A stretch of DNA of 64,000 bases from Takakia lepidozioides. Taxonomy: Eukaryota; Plantae; Bryophyta. A program made the translations under genes and the position numbers. The stretch covers positions 56,668,001 through 56,732,000 of the forward strand of contig CM060732.1 in NCBI GenBank assembly GCA_030704615.1, written 5' to 3'. The notes under the pieces are model-generated. The model was not told where the DNA came from, searched no databases, and saw only the letters and a list, made by a program, of their open reading frames with translations. Below are positions 1 through 14,491 of this stretch, piece by piece; position 1 is the stretch's first letter; each line of letters opens with the position of its first letter.

Positions 1-737
1 GAAGTATCTGAGCGATGACCTTGATTTCATCTACACATGGGCGGATCCATCAAATGACAAGACAATGTAGACACACCATTTCACGAGGTCGTGTTGAGGA
101 CCTGAATGACAACGCCGCAATGCTTGCACCATGCACTGACAAGGACATTCAGGAGAGACTCATACATGCACTCGATGCAAAAGAGCCGGAGAAGCAGCTA
201 ACTCCAAATGGAAAGGGAAGAATGCAGACATGTGAAACATGAATGTGCAACAGACACTTGTGATCGCAGTCCACGAGCCCTTGTTACTGTGTCATCAATC
301 GAGCCATTGCACACTCAATACCTTCCATGTAAAAGACGACATATTCTTGAACAAAAAATTCAAAAATAAAAGGTGGATGAAGATTGGTGTTTCCGGAATG
401 GATTGCATGTTTTCTTACGCTGCAGAGGATTTGCAAGTTTCCACGTGACTACAAACAACGCATGATTTTTTGGGAGGTTGGCCTTCTACTTCGGAATTTT
501 CCCATTTGCAGTCCTCTCGTGATTTCTCATCCGTCCTGAATGTGGATGGGGAAATAACCTTTCCGGATGATAAAGGTGGGCAACCGGAGGCGTTGCAATC
601 GACTTTCCTTCCGTGGAAATAGGTGTCGTCCGTGGAATTAGGTGCTCTACGTTCGAAAGAATGCTGACGTAACATGAGCCTGGCTACGCTCACGTGCTCA
701 CAGGCTCACACGGCCAGACTCACGCGGAAGCATTCCC
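1..737 (+). mobile_element. Internally deleted remnant (right end) of a family-A ParB/MTase transposon
   Basis: Bases 1-70 and ~73-225 match 26153-26222 and ~26298-26450 (YLSDD.DFIY.WADPSNDKTM; LNDNAA.LAP..DKDIQ.R.I.AL.AKEP.K). It ends in CTCACGCGGAAGCATTCCC, nearly identical to the terminus at 28659-28677. Confidence 0.8.
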
Positions 738-3632
738 TTTTGTCATATATGTTCTAAATAGTTTGAATTACCTAATGGAATCCGATACCAAGCGTGAAAG
801 TATGTCATTCACCTTGTGCATCATTACTAATCCGTTTTCTGTTGGTTGCTGGGATGGGCACAGGTAAGGGCTCTTCACTGTTCATGGAACTTTGAAGCTT
901 TTGTGAACTTGATAGGAGACTGCGACATTGTGGGAGGCTATACGAGAAAGTCAGAAGATGACTCATAACCCTATTGCATCTTGCTACAAATCGTGATTAC
1001 AATAGCTACCTTTCATGGGGGAGTGAATTTTTTTCTAAAAGCTCTGATACTTTGACTTTAGCTGTATCTTTTACTCAGCCTATCTCCGGTCATCCTTTGG
1101 GACAAAAAAAGATTTTTTTGGAAAGTATACTTTATGCTCTATTCTAGAATACAATGGCACTTGAATCAAGAACATGAACTAGAAGAGTCTTTCTTTACTG
1201 GAAGGTACCTCACGTCTACAAAATACTTGGGATTAGGTGACTCGGGTCTTTAAGGATCCCGCTTCCTACCCCAATCTCATTTTTTATGTTCAGTGATCTC
1301 ACAACTTTAATGTGGAATGTGATATCTATGACAACACTGCTCCTAGAACTTTGATATAATCTCAGCTACTGGATATTTCTTGATTCTTTATTTTGCTCGA
1401 ACAGACCTGTACGTGTATATATGCTGGGATTCAACTCTCCTAATTAGAAGAGAGAACAAATAATATCTAGATGTTTTGAACTACCCCACCAACCACCTTA
1501 GTCTCTAGCTATATGGAGTTTAATATTTGTTTTTAAGGGGTATGAAAGGTCGATGATATGATGGTGCCATTTTCTCAGGGTTATTTTTTTCTTTGTTTTT
1601 CCTTAGAAAAATAGTGTGATCTGGTCATAATTAGTGACTGATCCTTTCTGTCTTGATAAGACAAGCCCTATCTCTCTCTATTTATTTCTTGGAGAAGGAA
1701 TTCTACTCCTTGAATTTAATTTACGTATACCCTATATTTAGGATTTCATAAAATTTCTTGCCATATGCTAAAAACTTAAAAAGGGTGACAAAAGGTTAGG
1801 GGTGAAAATACCTCTGAACCTTTTATCTACCACTACCTTACACACGACGATGCAACATTTTTGCCATATCTATCAAAATCCTAACTTACAGGAACTGATT
1901 ACTGGCTTGGTTTCTGATTCATGAATAGTGTACTTGTTCTTAAGGGACTATCGTGACTGAGACACTGGAACGCTCTCACAACTCTAATGGAGTTGATAAA
2001 GATGCAAACATGGAGTGACTCTCAGCCTCTTCTATTGCTTTGATGTTCTAATTTGATGTGTTTGTGAAAGGCAGCAATGTCATGGATGTCACTGCCGCAA
2101 GCATGCAAAGTGCTACTGAGAATTTTTTTCCTATTCATGCTCTACATTTTTGCATGTTTAAGAGTATAGGTTGAACAGCTATATTATTGGACTTTAAGTA
2201 CTCTCCAGGATTATAATTTATTAGTGATCTGGGGGATGGTATACATAAGCAAAGGTTATAGGGTCATAATCCAAATATTAAATTTTGAAGTTAAGTAATA
2301 CCCTATCAATCCTTAATTTTTTGGACGGAAACCAAATATAATGGTATTGTTATATAATATGAATGACATTCATTAAGAAGCACCTATGTAGTAGGTCTAT
2401 ATATGTTACATACCTAATTCCTCATATGACTTTAGAAACTCGCAGCGATGGCAGTAATGCTCCATGTCGAGCGTTTGAAAACAACAAAATTTCTGCTGAC
2501 GCCTCGCGAGTCCTATGGAGGAAGAGATACATGTGTAAGGTGCTGACACTCTTATATGTCTGAAAGCGATAGCAAACACGAGAGCTTGCTAGTATCACCT
2601 CGTACATCCTCACTAACCCACATTGATTTGTGGTGTTTTTTGAGACGATTACAAGTGATGGCTCCTCGTCTATCAATTGTTCCTAAACAATGCAATGTTG
2701 GCTATTTTTGGTTTTGCTTGTTGGTATCTAAGACAGAAGCAGCTGAAGTCTTGGCCATCGACAATGACCACTATCAAGTTATGATGGAAAGTGGTCCATT
2801 ACTTCAGTTTTACCAGTTATTATGACCTGCTTTGATGATGGATTGAACCACATTATCTGCTTTAGAATTCTAAATGATGTAAAGCACTAGCTTGGCTATA
2901 ATGAGATGATTTAACTTTGAACTCTAGTGATTGTGTTTAGAGACTACTCTCCCCTGAAAAAATTTCAGCATATGAAACTGAGTTCATTTCTATGCTCTTA
3001 GCAAGTTTCCATAGCACAGGCTATATGATTTACAGATCCACACAACTATATGGCATCTTCAGGCCAGCTAAGATCTGAAAATTACTTGCTACTGGACAAA
3101 CATAAACATGAGCTGTTAAACTACTTACCCTGCTGGATTACACACTTTCTTATCTTCTGCAAACTGGTTTCAATTCAAAAGAAATAGGAAGAGTGATTAT
3201 GTTATCTCGAAACTGAGTCCAATATATGGCTGAAGGAATTTGATGTCCAATAAATAGGGTGCTCAGTTCCAAAAATCTATTTTGTATTGAAAATGTGAGA
3301 TGCCTCTAGTTATAGGAATTACATGATCACCAAACATTGGTGTATGTTTTTTTATTTTGTCTCAATATTGACTCTATTGATGACGACTACGTAATGAGTA
3401 TAAGTGCATGAAGCTTCTGAAATAGTATATGAACAGAACCACATGTGACTTGATTAGAAACATGGTAAGCTTAGCGTTCAAAAAACATATACATATGTTG
3501 CGACAATCAGCATGTAGCCTAGTGGTAATGGGCACATACCACGTTGGATATGGTTGTGGGTTCAAACCATTTTTTTTCTTACATATGCTGCAAGGTGCTG
3601 GCTATGTCAAATTGACCTAACAGCTTGGAGAA

Positions 3633-5108
3633 TCTCTATACCAAGATCTCACCACGTCGTACCCCAATCACCATTATAAATTAAATAATGAACCGAAAAG
3701 GGTGATACTAAGAGACTATGATTTGGTAGACCTAAAGTCTACACTGGGCTTGCAGCCTGCCTAAGCCACTTCAAAATATTTAGTGGAAATGTTTTGTGAT
3801 GGTGCCTTGTCTAAAGGATGTATTGTCCAACTTCCCTATCTTGACTTGCTTAAATCTTTCTCTCTCTTTTCCGGGGAAGTCACTTCCATTTTTTTTTCCA
3901 AACGGCGTGCAAAAAAAAATATGGTCACATATAATATATATAATTCTTTGAAGACAAAATTTAAAATATTTTTAGAAATAAAATTGGGTGTCCTTATTTG
4001 TGGGTATCGTATGTAAATAAAAATATGATTATGAATATATGCTATAATTATATATATTTTAAAAATAATATAGGGTGCCACAATGGCGGGACATGTATCG
4101 TTGATTCTATGGAATATTTGTATTGAGACTTCATAATTGACTAGTTGGACTTGGATGACGGGACTTGGAATCGGCTTGGATGAGAGTACTTGGATGTTTA
4201 GGGAGGATACGTTTTGGTTTAGGGTTGATTTATTTTCTTCTCACTTTGTCTTCTTCTCTGACTCAAGAGTTTTGCTACACTAGTTGCTGATCTCATTGTG
4301 TTGTTGGAAGCTCTGGTTTATTCACTTGCTATAATGTACCTCGATTTCTCACCAAAGGAATATTTTTTCACTACACTGAAAATATGCAACGGTTTTTCTC
4401 ATTCGTTTATACCGTAGAGTCCTTACAAGTCATGCACATTGCTGCAGAATATTTAATTATTTTAGAGAAAGTAGGTCCGACACCTAAATTTAGATTTTTA
4501 CAATTTTTAAACAAGTTGGTCACATACATTTAAATTACCTCTAGGGAGGTAATTAGGGTATATCCTCTAGATGATAACCCTAATGCGGAATTCTTTATTT
4601 CTTCGACATTGAGGTCATTATTTTTCTGAATATTTCAGATAAACAAAATTAATTAATAAACGCCGGATATCGAAGGACTCTACGGTAGATGCATAAGAGC
4701 ATTGAGCAATAAAATATTTTGCTCTCTAAGAAAATTTTGTTTAATTTTTATGTTACTACAAGGTGTCAATTACAGTCAAATATAAGAAAAATAGCCTGCC
4801 AGATAATGTGTATATTAACACAATTAAATAATTATAGGGTGAATGAAAATAAAAACTAATACCCCCATAGAAAATACCTCTTTATCGCACATGATTCCCT
4901 AAACTATATAGGGAGTGACTTCCCCGAGCTCTCTTTGTTACTCAAAAGTCCATAATGACCTTCAAAACACATTGCCGACCTCCTAAAAACGGCTCTCATT
5001 TTTAATAATTGGGTCTTTATGTCTCACGCGTGGCCCAAGCAGCACACGGACCCACAAACGCGGGTCGCCCCGCCTGCCCCTGACCACCCGGCGGGTGCGT
5101 TTCTCTAG
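3633..5108 (+). mobile_element. Putative non-autonomous Helitron-like element
   Basis: 3' hairpin CACCCG-G-CGGGTG (5085-5097) followed by CTAG|T at 5105-5109. Candidate 5' end A|TCTCTATA at 3633 is tentative. AT-rich non-coding interior. ~4995-5085 resembles ~35228-35320. Confidence 0.45.
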
Positions 5109-7614
5109 TCATGTTCACAAACATAAAAGTCATGACTACCAAGTAGTTATAGTCATGAAAACAAGGATATGTTGTAATAAAAGTGAAGAATTTCCCACAC
5201 TAGGGCATATCATTTACCCTCTATGGAGTGATATTTGCATTGTAGTACCTCTAACAACATCATGTTCATACATGCAATCACCCTTTTCCGGAGATTTTAC
5301 TTTTGGTATAAAAAAACACCAACACTTTATTTTGTCATGGGCTAGTCTACATCTCGAATGAAAGATTTGAGTGAAATTTGGTTGTGCCAGGATTGGGGCA
5401 TATTCTATGTCTCTCCTAACCACACAAATTAAATGTCTTTGTTGCCAGGTAAGATGAAAGAGATGAACAACAATGGTGGCAAAGCCGTTCACATACCCAT
5501 GTAGCACTAATAGTGAAATTGGATCGCAGGGCAAATGATACCGATGTATCACTACTATTTTGCTATGGCCAACTTATAAGGTCTGACTCCCTCTTTTTAG
5601 ACATATACCATAGTAGAAATTTCTTCCATCATTGATATTGATATGTCACCACAAATATAGTAGAGATGTTTTTGGTTTTGTTTTCAAAGTGCTTCAAAAT
5701 GTTTCGTAGTTCATTTGGATCCTTGTCTCTTTTTCATCTTTGGTTTGAAATTGAAGACTATTGAGAGGAAATTCATAATCGTTGATACTTGGAGTGTCAT
5801 ATTCCATAATTGTCCATTCATTTATAAGGTATGATAAATTTGCACTCACGTCGACTCTCATCTAATATTCAATTGGTCAGTTGTTTATCTTTTTTATATT
5901 GCTTGAACAAGGAATAGTTTTTTTCCCTTGCAAACAATGTAGGACCTTGTAAACCCCTAAATCGATGTTTATACCAAAATATGTGTGCAATTTTAGTCAC
6001 ATGTCTATTCTTGCAATATACCGAAATCCCGAGCTAGAAACAACTAGCTATATAGTTGTTAGATAATTTTGCACATAAATGGGTACAAGTCTCAAGATTT
6101 GTTGGGTATCTTGAGAATAATGGCCTAGTGGTCTAGTTCACTCCCCAAGTAGATCCCAGTTCAAACCACCTAGTGCTAAAACTTGGATGAGGAAAAGAAA
6201 TAAAGCTGGTAAGAGGTAAAGATGAAACATTGGATCAATACTAATGATCCATTTGACCTCCATTTTAAAATTGAAATGCCCCATTGCTTTTGTGAGACCT
6301 ACATCATCAAGCCTTGAAGGTCTAAAGCATAATGGCCTAATTTGTCTACTTTGAGTCTGAAATTTGCATTTTCAGCCAAGATTTTGGTGTCGGGATTAAG
6401 TACCTTTTTTTTGGGGGCATTCTTCATAAACTTGGGCTCTGATTGCAATCAAGACCTCCACATCACCCTCCTTCCACCGGTTTTTTTGCCTTTATCTTCT
6501 TCATCATCTAGTTCTTCACATTGAATAGTTTTTTTTATTTTTCTTACAAAAATAAAAATGAAAATAAAATAAAGAGGGGAAGGTGGGGAAAATATCAATC
6601 TGCATTCTGTTCATCATGTCCTCCCTAAATATCTATGCATTGGGCAAACCTTGTCTTTTTCCCTCCTTTTCCAAAAGAACAAGAATAAGACTTCGCCGGC
6701 GCAACTAAGGGCCATTTCGCCTTGTGGGTAGTGCCCCATTTCGAGGGTGGGTTTCCTTTTCCTCTATCATTTTTCACTTCCTTGTTTTCTCCAAACTAAA
6801 TACACTCATGCTTAAAAAACCAATGCAAGAGAAATTCAACTTTTCATAACAACAAATGTAGGGTGATTTGTGCATGCAATGTGAGCATTCAACAAATCTT
6901 TGATCATTCCATGGACAACTTTTCATTCTCACAAATTCAAAGCTACAGTAGTAGGAGCGACAAGATTGAAACAGAAACGGAGAGAAATGGAGACAAGCGT
7001 CCACCACCTTAATCTTTCCCATTCACCTTCAAGATTTTATCTAACTGATGGTCATGATCATTTGTAAAAATATTTCTACACTTGGTCTAGCTGGATCCAA
7101 GCGTTGGTCCTCCAACCACATAGGTTCTTTTTATGGTCCATAGATCAACATTAATCTCCCACCATAGACCACCGATGTACCATATCATTTGTAGTTTCTT
7201 GGTCTTGGTCTAAACCCAATATGAATGAGAAAAACGCCCCTACCAACATTAGAATCATTGCATTTTGAGGTTGTCTTGGTCTTTGTTCCATAGTCTGAAA
7301 TGGGGCCCCTTGGAGATCATGGGTCCCATGTACAAAGCATGTATATTTGAAGAAAAATCAAGTGTGAATTGAATTGCAAACCAAAATTGAAATTTGACCC
7401 AATACAACTCCGACACTTTGCATTGCAAGATTTGCATACCCGGCTCACTCGATGATGTTCCTACCAAAATTGAACGAAACATCTATGCAATTCAAATTTT
7501 AAATGTACATAAAAATAAACATGGCTCCATGAAATCAATCAGCTCCACCTCAGTGTGAAATGGAAATGATTTTTTTTTTCAAAGGAAACCTGGGAGCGAC
7601 AGCCCACATTTCAG

Positions 7615-7800
7615 GCACTTGAGGAGGGGGAAAAATTAACCCCCTTTCATTTATGGGCCATGTGACCTACAGGAAGAACAACACTCAGACACACCGTCAC
7701 ACGAACAATCCACACACGGGGCAGGGCAGCGGATTTGAACATTTGAACCCCGGACCACCAGGAACCACAACAGTGCACTTACCGGCTGAGCTACCAGCCG
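7615..7800 (-). mobile_element. tRNA-derived SINE-like repeat (diverged copy)
   Basis: Minus strand has a pol III A-box-like TAGCTCAGCCGG and a B-box-like GGTTCAAAT, with a tail (GGTTAATTTTTCCCCCTC) resembling the copies at 8209 and 17434. Confidence 0.5.
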
Positions 7801-8208
7801 ATGTGAAACGAATATGTTTTCAAAATGCGCCCAAGGCAGATTCAAATACAAGTCAACTCGGGGCCCACCATTACGCGGGGTAGGAGCACCTCTCCACTTT
7901 ATCTAGATTGCCAATGAAACTCTGCCAGGTGGCCATGGGCCAAGTGGAACCTCAGGTAGGCACTGGCAAGTGTGAACACGAGTGTGCCAATCAACACAAA
8001 AGGGCCACGCTAAGAATCTCTTACCGACAGCCGCCAGTGTGAAACCGGCTGTTATGGAGCCCACAACACCGGAACGGTCTTCCATACATTATTCCACAGA
8101 GGCAGCCGGGCCTATTTTTAGATCCACACACTACTGAATATCTAAATACAAGAATACATGTTTGATTGCTCTATAATTCCTGGTTTTATAAATGAAATAA
8201 TAACCAAC

Positions 8209-8378
8209 GGTCAGTAGCTCAGTTGGTTAGTGCACTGAGTGCCACCCAGATGATCCTGGGGTCAAATCCTGCTACTTGACGGGTGTGGTATACTCTTCCC
8301 CGCCTTCCCAGGGGGGTGTCCCATTTCTACGCCTCATGGCGTGGGTACTGTGAAAGAGGTTATTTTCTCCTCTCACTA
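8209..8378 (+). mobile_element. tRNA-derived SINE-like repeat
   Basis: A-box TAGCTCAGTTGG and B-box-like GGTCAAATCC, then a non-tRNA body ending AGGTTATTTTCTCCTCTCA that is shared with 17434-17600. Confidence 0.6.
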
Positions 8379-8937
8379 TTAAGGGATCTGATTTGTGAGC
8401 TGTCGCTCCCAGGGGTGTCTCCCAACACTTTCAAATAAAAAAAGTAAAAAAGAAAACAAAAGTATCAATGCAGAAGAAAATGCAGGAGACATAAGAGAGA
8501 CAGTTAGAAATTGAGAACAGTTTGGTGTGATGGGGGAGGAGCAGGTTTCCCGGGGAGCGGATGGGGGTGGGGTCGCGGGAGGGTGGCCGCCAGCAAAAGC
8601 AGAGCGTCTTGTAGCGACCATGGTGGCGTAGCGCTGTGGAGCAAGCGTCGCTTTTGGATGCTGCCATTTCACACCACACCACGCTGGGCATTCCTTTGAA
8701 GCTTGGCTTGCGCGAGCAGGCGGCAACTTGGAAACCTTCTGTACTCTGTACACACTTGGCAGCTGTTTCTGGAAACTGATTTGTCAGAGAGCATAAATTG
8801 GCCGAGCCTCGGATTCTCACTTCACATTCTCAGTGCCTGATAGTTTGAGTTCTCATCCAGTTGCAGCTTGAGTGCGGGAGATAATCTACTCTCGCATTTG
8901 CTTCCTTTACGCGGATCACTGCAGTATAAGACTGAAA

Positions 8938-8965
8938 GAGGAGAGAGAGAGAGAGTGAGAGAGAG
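8938..8965 (+). repeat. (GA)n microsatellite in the likely 5' UTR of aspartic protease 1
   Basis: GAGAGA tract downstream of a TATAAG at ~8925 and about 100 bp before the ATG. Confidence 0.8.
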
Positions 8966-9069
8966 AATTAAGTACTAGCCTTGGAGCGTCTGCATTCTTA
9001 GAATTTTTTCTGCCCCTGCACTTGATCCAAGAAGCCCTTGAGGGAACCCATCGGAGGGGAAGGGACAGC

Positions 9070-11230
9070 ATGGCGTCGCTTACTGGAACTTTGTTTATGG
9101 TGCTCCTTGCATTTTTAGTGACTGCTCAATGTTGTGTTGCGGTTCAGATGGGAGCAATGCCTCTCGACCTTTCAAGGAGAGGCCTAGCTCAAAAAAGGGA
9201 TGTTTACGTAAAGCATACCAACAAAGTCGACAACACCACTGTAAGTGATTGTAAGTGATTGAGTAAGGGAAAGGAACGGTCATATCTTGGAAAGCTTCGG
9301 AAAAGTAATATTATTTGTCATGCTGTAGTAAAAACTCATGAGTTTGTTGTCTACTCAATTTAATATCGAACATGTGTGTGTTTTTCAGGTGATTAGAGGA
9401 GAGCTGATCCACAGAGACCATCCATCGTCGCCACTCAGTCCATCAACACCCAAACCATTCTCAGAAAGGTTTGCTGACGCTGTGAAGAGAAGTTTCGAGC
9501 GCAGGGACAACATTGCAAGCAACATCAAGGCCACTTCAACGGGTTTGCAAAGTCCGGTGTCAGCTGGTAGCGGAGAGTATGTGATGGAGATCTCAGTCGG
9601 TACCCCTGCGCAAAAGTTTTCAGCAATTGTAGATACTGGAAGTGATCTGGTGTGGGTTCAGTGTCTACCTTGCAAATCGTGTTTCCAACAAACTGGCGCG
9701 AAGTTTGACCCTAAGAAATCTAAAACATACACAGGAGCGGGTTGCAGCGACAGTCTATGCCAGGTAATGAGCTCTTGTATTTGCCAAGGAAGATGATCTT
9801 GAATTCCAACCTCTGAACTTGCTTGGTTGTCTTGCTACATTTTCGAGCACCTATGTGCAATGCCGGCTTCAAAGAGGCGGGCTGGGATTGGTATTTCTCT
9901 CAAATAAATAGACCAACTGCAATTGTCCAAACAGAATTCGTCTGCCTACATAAATTTTAGCTTTTCTCAGCGGCCACATTAACATTTGAAAATCCCATGT
10001 GATTGTCTCGGACAGGACCTTCCTTCTCCAACATGTGCATCCACCTGCCAGTACACGTATGCATATGGGGACCAATCTACCACCGCCGGAGAGTTGGCTT
10101 ATGAGACGGTCACCCTGGGCAGCAGTGCAATCCCCAAGATTGCCGTAGGGTGTGGGCATACCAACAAGGGGACTTTTTCAGGCGCTGGAGGACTTGTGGG
10201 TTTAGGACAGGGCCCTATTTCTCTCACCTCCCAGCTAAGCTCAAGCATAACCAACATTTTCTCTTATTGTTTGGTTAGCTTGACCAGCGCCACAACGTCA
10301 ACCAGTCCCATATTCTTTGGAGATGTGACACCTTCATCAGGCATCCAATACACCCCTCTGATCTCCAATCCCAGCAATCCATCATTCTACTACGTGGGGG
10401 TGACAGGCATTAGTGTCGGAGGGCAAGAATTGAGTATCCCAGCAGGCACCTTTGACATCGATTCTTCTGGAAATGGAGGCGTTATTCTTGACTCTGGAAC
10501 CACACTCACCTTGTTGAACCAGAATGCTTACAACGTCGTGAAGAAGGTTAGTGTTGTCAAACACTTTAGATGAGTACACTATCAGCTTGAACTATACAAC
10601 CTTTTTTTATTCGATTTCGGGAAGTTTTTCGATTTAAGCAACCAACGGTGTGCGGAGACATGCACAATATATAGTCTTTTGTACCAGTTGATTACAAGTT
10701 GCAAGCAAGCTCTCAACTGCAGTGTTGAGGTCGATAATATTATAATCACCTGGAGCTTGACGGATAGAAGCACTTTAGATTTGTAACTGCTTTAGCCGTA
10801 GTTATTAAACGATACCTCGCCTTGTTTCTCATGATAGTCATCAATCAAATCCAAGTCAGATTATTTTATTGAACTGACAAGCGTGTATCACTGTTGTTAA
10901 ATTATGTGTCTACAGGCCTTCCAGGATGCAATCAGCTACCCCACTACTGATGGATCTTCCTACAACTTGGACTTATGCTATGATGTTTCTCAACAGTCTA
11001 ATCCTACCTTCCCAGATTTGGTTGTCCACTTCACCAACGTTGATTACACATCACCCTCCGAGAATACATTTGTGTTTGCGGACAACGCCAACACAGTCAT
11101 ATGCCTGGCTATGGCGAGCAGCCAGGACTTCAGCATCATCGGTAACATCCAGCAACAAGATCACCAGCTCGTGTATGATGTTGCAAACCAGCAGGTTGGA
11201 TTGGCAGCTGTGCAATGTAACACCTTGTAA
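9070..11230 (+). CDS. Nepenthesin-like secreted aspartic protease (A1 family), 4 exons: 9070-9240, 9389-9763, 10016-10546, 10916-11230; ~463 aa
   Basis: Signal-peptide-like N-terminus, ELIHRD, GEYVMEISVGTP, catalytic AIVDTGSDLVWVQC and VILDSGTT, SIIGNIQQQ and a C-terminal Cys. GT-AG phase-0 introns join in frame. Confidence 0.93.
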
Positions 11231-14200
11231 TTCCAATACATTTCTGTGTAGGAATCACCTGATTGTACATAACAGGGCCTGGTCACAAGGGTCGATCAGT
11301 TTTCGAATATTTACTACATGTTCAAGTTGTTACTCAATTATAAAGTGCTACACATTTTACTACATGGTCAAGTCGATATTCGCGTGGTTGTTTGTGCAAG
11401 CTGTCCATTGGCCCTCTGGGCTATTCATGTAGAATCTCTATCAGACTTTAAACTTGTCTCCTTCCCTTTCCTTCGGCATCTACAAAATTTATTATGAACT
11501 CATGCAAGGTTGCAGTATCAAAACTACAACTATTTTCATGTTACTTAAGACGTCTTAACAGGGCAAGAGAGTAAGAGGGAGACAGAGAGATAGAAAGATG
11601 TACTCCTTGACTGTTCCCTGAGAACATTGGCTATGGCATACCCTTGAGATCACAGGTTCATGGAATCTCAATATGGCAGCGTCTGGTGACAATATATGGG
11701 TAACCATACCATGCTTTTAAGGGATAATGACAGATACATACCTGCCTTTGGCTCTCCATGATGAGAGCTGCAAATTCTTTCTCCAGACCTGCCACTAATG
11801 CACTGGCCGTTGTGTTAAAACCTACCAGTTGAGCAACGCATTCCACAAAATTTCTTTTTGTCCCAGCAGGGGAAAGGAAGAGATATATGAATTCAACAGA
11901 ACCAAGACACCCATTTACTGAAACCCTTCAAAATTGGGCATAGTGAATCCAACCCACTTTGGTCACATTTGCTAGTTTATGTGAAGGGCTCGTAACTGGA
12001 CTGACGTCAGTAGTGCGCAAGTGTGGGGCCAATAATATTGTGTGGATGAAAACTTACGATCGGCTCAAGAATTCAAAGAGGGATCCCCTAGACTGTCAAC
12101 AATGCTTGTCGAACAGCTTTATCACCGTTGCACAGCCAACAGCCCAAAATATGGATAAAATCAATACAGTTCTGGCATAGAAGTCACGAATCAGCTCTCG
12201 AACTTAAGGGACCAGCTTCAGAAAGTTGTGAATTAAGTTTATGTTATCATAAGGTCCTTACTTTGCGAAAAATGACATGGTAAGAAAGATTTAGCTTAGT
12301 TATTCCCTTTTGTGTGGTCAAACTCTTTGGGTCCCCCAACTACTACTGGTCAACCATCATTGAGGGTATAGATAATTCAGTACAAGACTTCCAACAGTAG
12401 CCCAGACTAAGGGGGTTTGGTCACACTATAGGATGTGTTGAGATCAAAATTCTATAAACGTGGACCCTTTATCACCCAAGTTTACAGTCCTTTCCCGTCC
12501 TTCACTCCTGTCCAGCCTGCCTCTCAGTTGGCTCCTCATGATCTCCAGAGAACCGATCAGGCCTTTGGTCAGCCTTGGACGAGGCTTGGACGTGTACATT
12601 GTTCGTAACATGGACAAAGTGGCCAACGTCAATGCTAACCAGAATCACATTTAATAGGCCTGCACAACGCAATTATACGTTTGGATGTTGTTCAGTAGTC
12701 CAGCGTGCGAACATAGCACTTGAAGGCTGCTGGAGATCATCCCACGGTGTTATGATCAGGTCTTCCTGTTGCTAGAATTGAAGTCATATATATTGCTCAT
12801 AGTCTAGATTCACAAATTCAAATCATTCAGCTGCCAACCGTTGTAACCAGTCGGTTTACATGGTGTGTCTCCATCTACACCCACTCAGCTTCAATCCCCT
12901 ACTTCGAATTAAGGCGGAGCATGGAACAATGTGGGTGAGAGTTTCATGTCTATAATCTTTGCTCAATCTTTGCCCATTATCTGTTACCTGAGTGCATGTC
13001 AGGTAAGGGTTTATGGAGGGCTTATGGTCTAAATAGTGAGTGCCAACTCTCCGAATGGGTTTCCTAACAATTTGGGTGACGAATGAGTTGGCGCTGGTCC
13101 CTCGTCACACTTTATCATGTCGGGTTAAGAGTGAGTGGATATAGATGGAAAGATGCCTATTCGGTCCATAGAGCTTCCTAGGATGTCCGGACTGTTCCGA
13201 GGGGCCGCTTGGACCCTCAATTTAACCCAATGCATGCATTGGTGAATGCTTTAGCTAGATGAAAAACTTGCAAACCGAATCGTCAGGTCAAAGGACACTT
13301 TTAAAAAGAGGTCAATCATACTGAAACAGAAGGAACATTTACGGATTGAAACCGCAATCTTTGAACAGCGATTTCCTTACTTCCGTAGTGTGGAGCCAGA
13401 TTACTGACACTGGGACGATCAGTTGCCGATTCTCCGTCACTCAAGCTACGGTACAGATCCTAGCGGAAGTAAATTATTCCAGGGTCCTTTCTCTTATTGG
13501 AACAATTGGAGGGTCAACCTCAGTCACGAAATCCTTTCTTATGGTGGCCAATGCTATGTAGACGACAGTCACTGGGATCGATATGCAGGGCATCGACTAG
13601 AAGTGGAATGAAACTTTAAAAATTCTCTGTTTCAGCTCTAATAATCGTTTTCGCAAATGTTGGCCCAATTCTCTCTCCAATTATCTGTTTGGGATTAACA
13701 ATTTTTTTCCTAAGCCTACCTGGTTTGGAAATACCTTCTTTCTAATCCCTAATGGAATATGTTTTGAATTTTCACTGCAACGATCTGTATAACAGCATTG
13801 AAACAATCACTGTACTGGTCAGTTGCAGCAGCATAGAGAAGGTTGGAGCGACTGATGACATGGCTGAAATCTGGTCTGAGGGAGTGTGATTAACACAGGG
13901 TATGCCCAGCAAGGTGTGAATGGAAGGGACAGCCGAATGTTGATGGACCTCACATGTAGGGCAACTCCGGGGTATGAGAGAGTTGTGGCTGATCTCATGA
14001 AGTTCTCCTAGTGGTGGGACAGCAAGGTGAAGGAGGGTATAACCCACTTAGGTGTGGGAAAATGCCTTGATAGACAAGTGATCAACTGAAGGGGCAGATG
14101 TGTGACTCACGCTCCACATAATTCATTTACATGTGCTTGCAATAGAAGCTTGGCAGCCCTGATATAGAGCGAAGGAGTTCATTGTGGGTGGTCAAAGTTG

Positions 14201-14491
14201 GAGTTGTTCAGATTGCTTCCCTGAGGCATGTGCACGTCAAGTGTGGCATGGAAGGATGTGCTAGATGGAGTGGATGCGAAGGATCAAAGCCCCGGAGTCG
14301 GCATAGCTACAGATCCTGGCTGGAGCAGAGCAGTTCACTGGTATATGTTTGAAACACCTGTAGGTGAAATCCAGGGAATCTGTGAGAACTACATGGACGT
14401 GTTGGGAACTCGTAGATGACTTGGGAGCAGCTTTTAATGTCGAGAACGTTTTGGGTTTGAAAAATTAAAGAAATTCGTTCTTTGATCTAAT

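Noticed and set aside
8209-8290. Functional tRNA genes here, at 17434, 7720-7800 and ~6120-6175
   Set aside because: A- and B-box-like motifs are present, but there is no convincing cloverleaf or acceptor stem. Shared non-tRNA tails point to SINE-like repeats; the 6120 copy is too degenerate to call.
11550-14480. Degenerate retroelement between the protease genes (similarly 0.8-3.3 kb)
   Set aside because: Composition suggests decayed coding DNA, but I could not read diagnostic RT, endonuclease or integrase motifs.
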